From positions 1,988,572-2,052,571 of the forward strand of contig CP030759.1 of assembly GCA_003290465.1 (NCBI GenBank): a stretch of 64,000 bases of DNA, written 5' to 3'. Numbering within the stretch: position 1 is the first letter of the stretch; each line of letters opens with the position of its first letter. Under the pieces are notes generated by a model. It did no database searches, was not told where the DNA came from, and was given only the letters and a program-made list of their open reading frames with translations. Positions 62,095-64,000 of this stretch are shown here, piece after piece. The stretch is from Candidatus Sumerlaea chitinivorans (GTDB lineage: Bacteria; Sumerlaeota; Sumerlaeia; Sumerlaeales; Sumerlaeaceae). The translations under genes and the position numbers were made by a program.

Positions 62095-63522
62095 TTAAAA
62101 TTTCACTACATATTGAACGTAAAAGAAGTTGGCACTATCACTCCGGCCATGCTTGCGAGGAAAATTGCCTGCGAAGAAGTGGGAATACCCGCCCTCCAAT
62201 TCCACGCGCTTCGAAAGCTTATACTTCGCCATTAGGCTTAGCTCGTCCCCGAGGTCGCGACCGCTTTGCCCGGTCTTGTCGCGTAAGGAACCCGGGCCAT
62301 TGTACCATGTATCCGTGCGTGAATCGAGCCAGTAATGATGCACCTCCGCCTGCAATTTCAGCTTGTCCGTTGGCTCCACACTGAAAATCAGTGCCAGCTC
62401 GCGCAGGTTCTGCAGTCGTACAAAGTCAATGATGCCATACGGGGTGTGGTTTGTACCAAACAGCGGGCTAAAACTGTTGTTCTCGCCGTCGCCGAATTTG
62501 CGGTCGCCGCTGGCCAGATTCCCCTCCAGCTTCAGCATCGGTTTCCACGGCTTTTCCCATTTGTAGTTGATATCAGCATGCAGCATGTAGGCCCGCAAAT
62601 CGTCCTCGGCGATGTTTCCGAACTGATACGCAGCCTCAAGGCCATAGCCAAGCGTACCAACACCGGGATGTTTCGCGAGCGGGCCACGCCAACGCGTCCC
62701 CACCGTGTATCGGCTTGAGGTGCCATACTCACCATTTTCACCTTTTATTGCGGAAGGGAATGTGCGGAAAGCATTTCGATCACTATAGCCAAGCGCATAG
62801 AGATCGAACTCGTGGGGTTTGAGGGTGTAGAAGGTGCCATAGAAACCATACAGCCAAGTATGATTGAGAGGATGTGGTTCGTCGGTGGTCAGCGCGGGTT
62901 TGTGGCGACGCTGATAAATATCTGGCTGGAGAACTAAGAAGCTAAGATCCATGCGATCGTCTTTGTAGCGCAACCGTGCTCCATCGAAAAGTTTCAGCAG
63001 GTTCGACCACGAGCCGTACTCGACCAAACGCTCTTCTCCGAGGGAGACGGCTTGCCGGCCGATTCGCAAACTCCACGGGGAGTTCTCCCGCACTCGCGCC
63101 TCGAGATAAAGCTGGTGTAGATGCCAATACGCTTCCTGCATGAGTTCGGTACGTGCACCGACTTGCCGCGCATCTGCCACTTCCAAGTAGACCCGCCACA
63201 GCTTCTGGTAGCTCAGGTCAAAATTCACGCGGGTCCGCACAAAGCCGAGATCGTCGTTATCGCCGACTTTGTTGTTAAGATCGTAATTCTTGCGCACTTC
63301 AAAACGCGCCCGCTGATCGCCACCCACCTGAAGCTTCCACTCATTGTTTTTTCCCCACACCAGGGGAGGGAGCAGGCGATCCTGACTTGTTGAACCAGTG
63401 GTTGGCTTATCAGCTTTCTTAGCACTTCCTGACGAGTCCGCAGCAACGGTAGAACCCAACAAAGCGATGGACAATAGCACCACCCCAACTACGCGACTAA
63501 GGCTTCTCGAACAGTAGTCCAT
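62095..63522 (-). CDS. Alginate-export-family outer-membrane beta-barrel protein
   Basis: Signal peptide; RARFE, IGRQ, FDG, EAAYQFG, ASGD; C-terminal YVQYVVKF beta-signal. Confidence 0.85.
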   Translation of the reverse strand: MDYCSRSLSRVVGVVLLSIALLGSTVAADSSGSAKKADKPTTGSTSQDRLLPPLVWGKNNEWKLQVGGDQRARFEVRKNYDLNNKVGDNDDLGFVRTRVNFDLSYQKLWRVYLEVADARQVGARTELMQEAYWHLHQLYLEARVRENSPWSLRIGRQAVSLGEERLVEYGSWSNLLKLFDGARLRYKDDRMDLSFLVLQPDIYQRRHKPALTTDEPHPLNHTWLYGFYGTFYTLKPHEFDLYALGYSDRNAFRTFPSAIKGENGEYGTSSRYTVGTRWRGPLAKHPGVGTLGYGLEAAYQFGNIAEDDLRAYMLHADINYKWEKPWKPMLKLEGNLASGDRKFGDGENNSFSPLFGTNHTPYGIIDFVRLQNLRELALIFSVEPTDKLKLQAEVHHYWLDSRTDTWYNGPGSLRDKTGQSGRDLGDELSLMAKYKLSKRVELEGGYSHFFAGNFPRKHGRSDSANFFYVQYVVKF

Positions 63523-63696
63523 GACGTTAGTCTCCTGACTACCAACTCAAAACGTTACGACAACAGCCACTCGGCCTCCCGGCAGAAATGGGAATGACGT
63601 AATCGTCTTCATTTCAGGCCGGTCAACTGCGAATTCGCAAAAAAAATAATGGGCTCCTTCTGGAGCCGATTCAGTGACATACCTGTGACTTGTGAC

Positions 63697-64000
63697 TCAG
63701 AACTCCATCGGGAGTTCCGCCGGCCGTCCTTGGAGACAGGCTGTGCGCGCCAAGTCGTAGGCCTCGTTGTACTGCCGCGCCACGACCTCCCACGAGACGA
63801 CTTCATCGAGGTAGCGTCGCAGATTCTCACCCAACTGTATGCGCAATTGTTCGTCCGTCGCAAGACGAATCACGTGATCACGCAGCATTTGTTTTGTGGT
63901 GAAGAGCAGTCCACCGCCACTCTCGAGGGTTTGCGCCGTGAGCCCCTCCATGGGGGCGGTCGTAATGAACGGCTTATTCAGCGCAATGATCCGGGCAAGG
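63697..64000 (-). CDS. GT4-like glycosyltransferase, C-terminal fragment (5' end beyond window)
   Basis: Frame open from the window edge: LARIIALNKPFITT...SWEVVARQYNEAY. Confidence 0.7.
   Translation of the reverse strand, partial: LARIIALNKPFITTAPMEGLTAQTLESGGGLLFTTKQMLRDHVIRLATDEQLRIQLGENLRRYLDEVVSWEVVARQYNEAYDLARTACLQGRPAELPMEF

Overview
GC-rich bacterial chromosomal window from a diderm organism; the host genes do not look proteobacterial, and a Sumerlaeota/BRC1-like lineage is an unverified guess. It is mostly housekeeping: DEAD-box helicase, ftsH, nadB, purine nucleoside phosphorylase, ligA, rarA, obgE, surA-like/pdxA, rplS, msrB-msrA fusion, gltD, moeB, glmS and leuCD, plus cell-envelope genes. 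The clearest accessory feature is a complete ISPpu12-like ISL3 element (39870-44315; merR, metal transporter, lspA, transposase) with an 8-bp target duplication. It splits a host cupin gene and itself carries a nested IS481-family element. The best candidate for an undescribed system is at 4.9-12.9 kb: an S-layer-like secreted protein, two tandem paralogous cobalamin-dependent radical SAM enzymes with coiled-coil/amphipathic tails, and a GT-C-like membrane protein, possibly a surface-glycan modification locus. Smaller candidates are a Cys-Cys-rich leader peptide upstream of moeB, a multi-stem RNA leader before rplS, a 6S-RNA-like hairpin before the 5-formyl-THF cyclo-ligase, a dual-start MsrAB and a MarR-controlled leuCD pair. 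No rRNA, tRNA or CRISPR array was seen. All family assignments are from motifs read by eye, not database searches.
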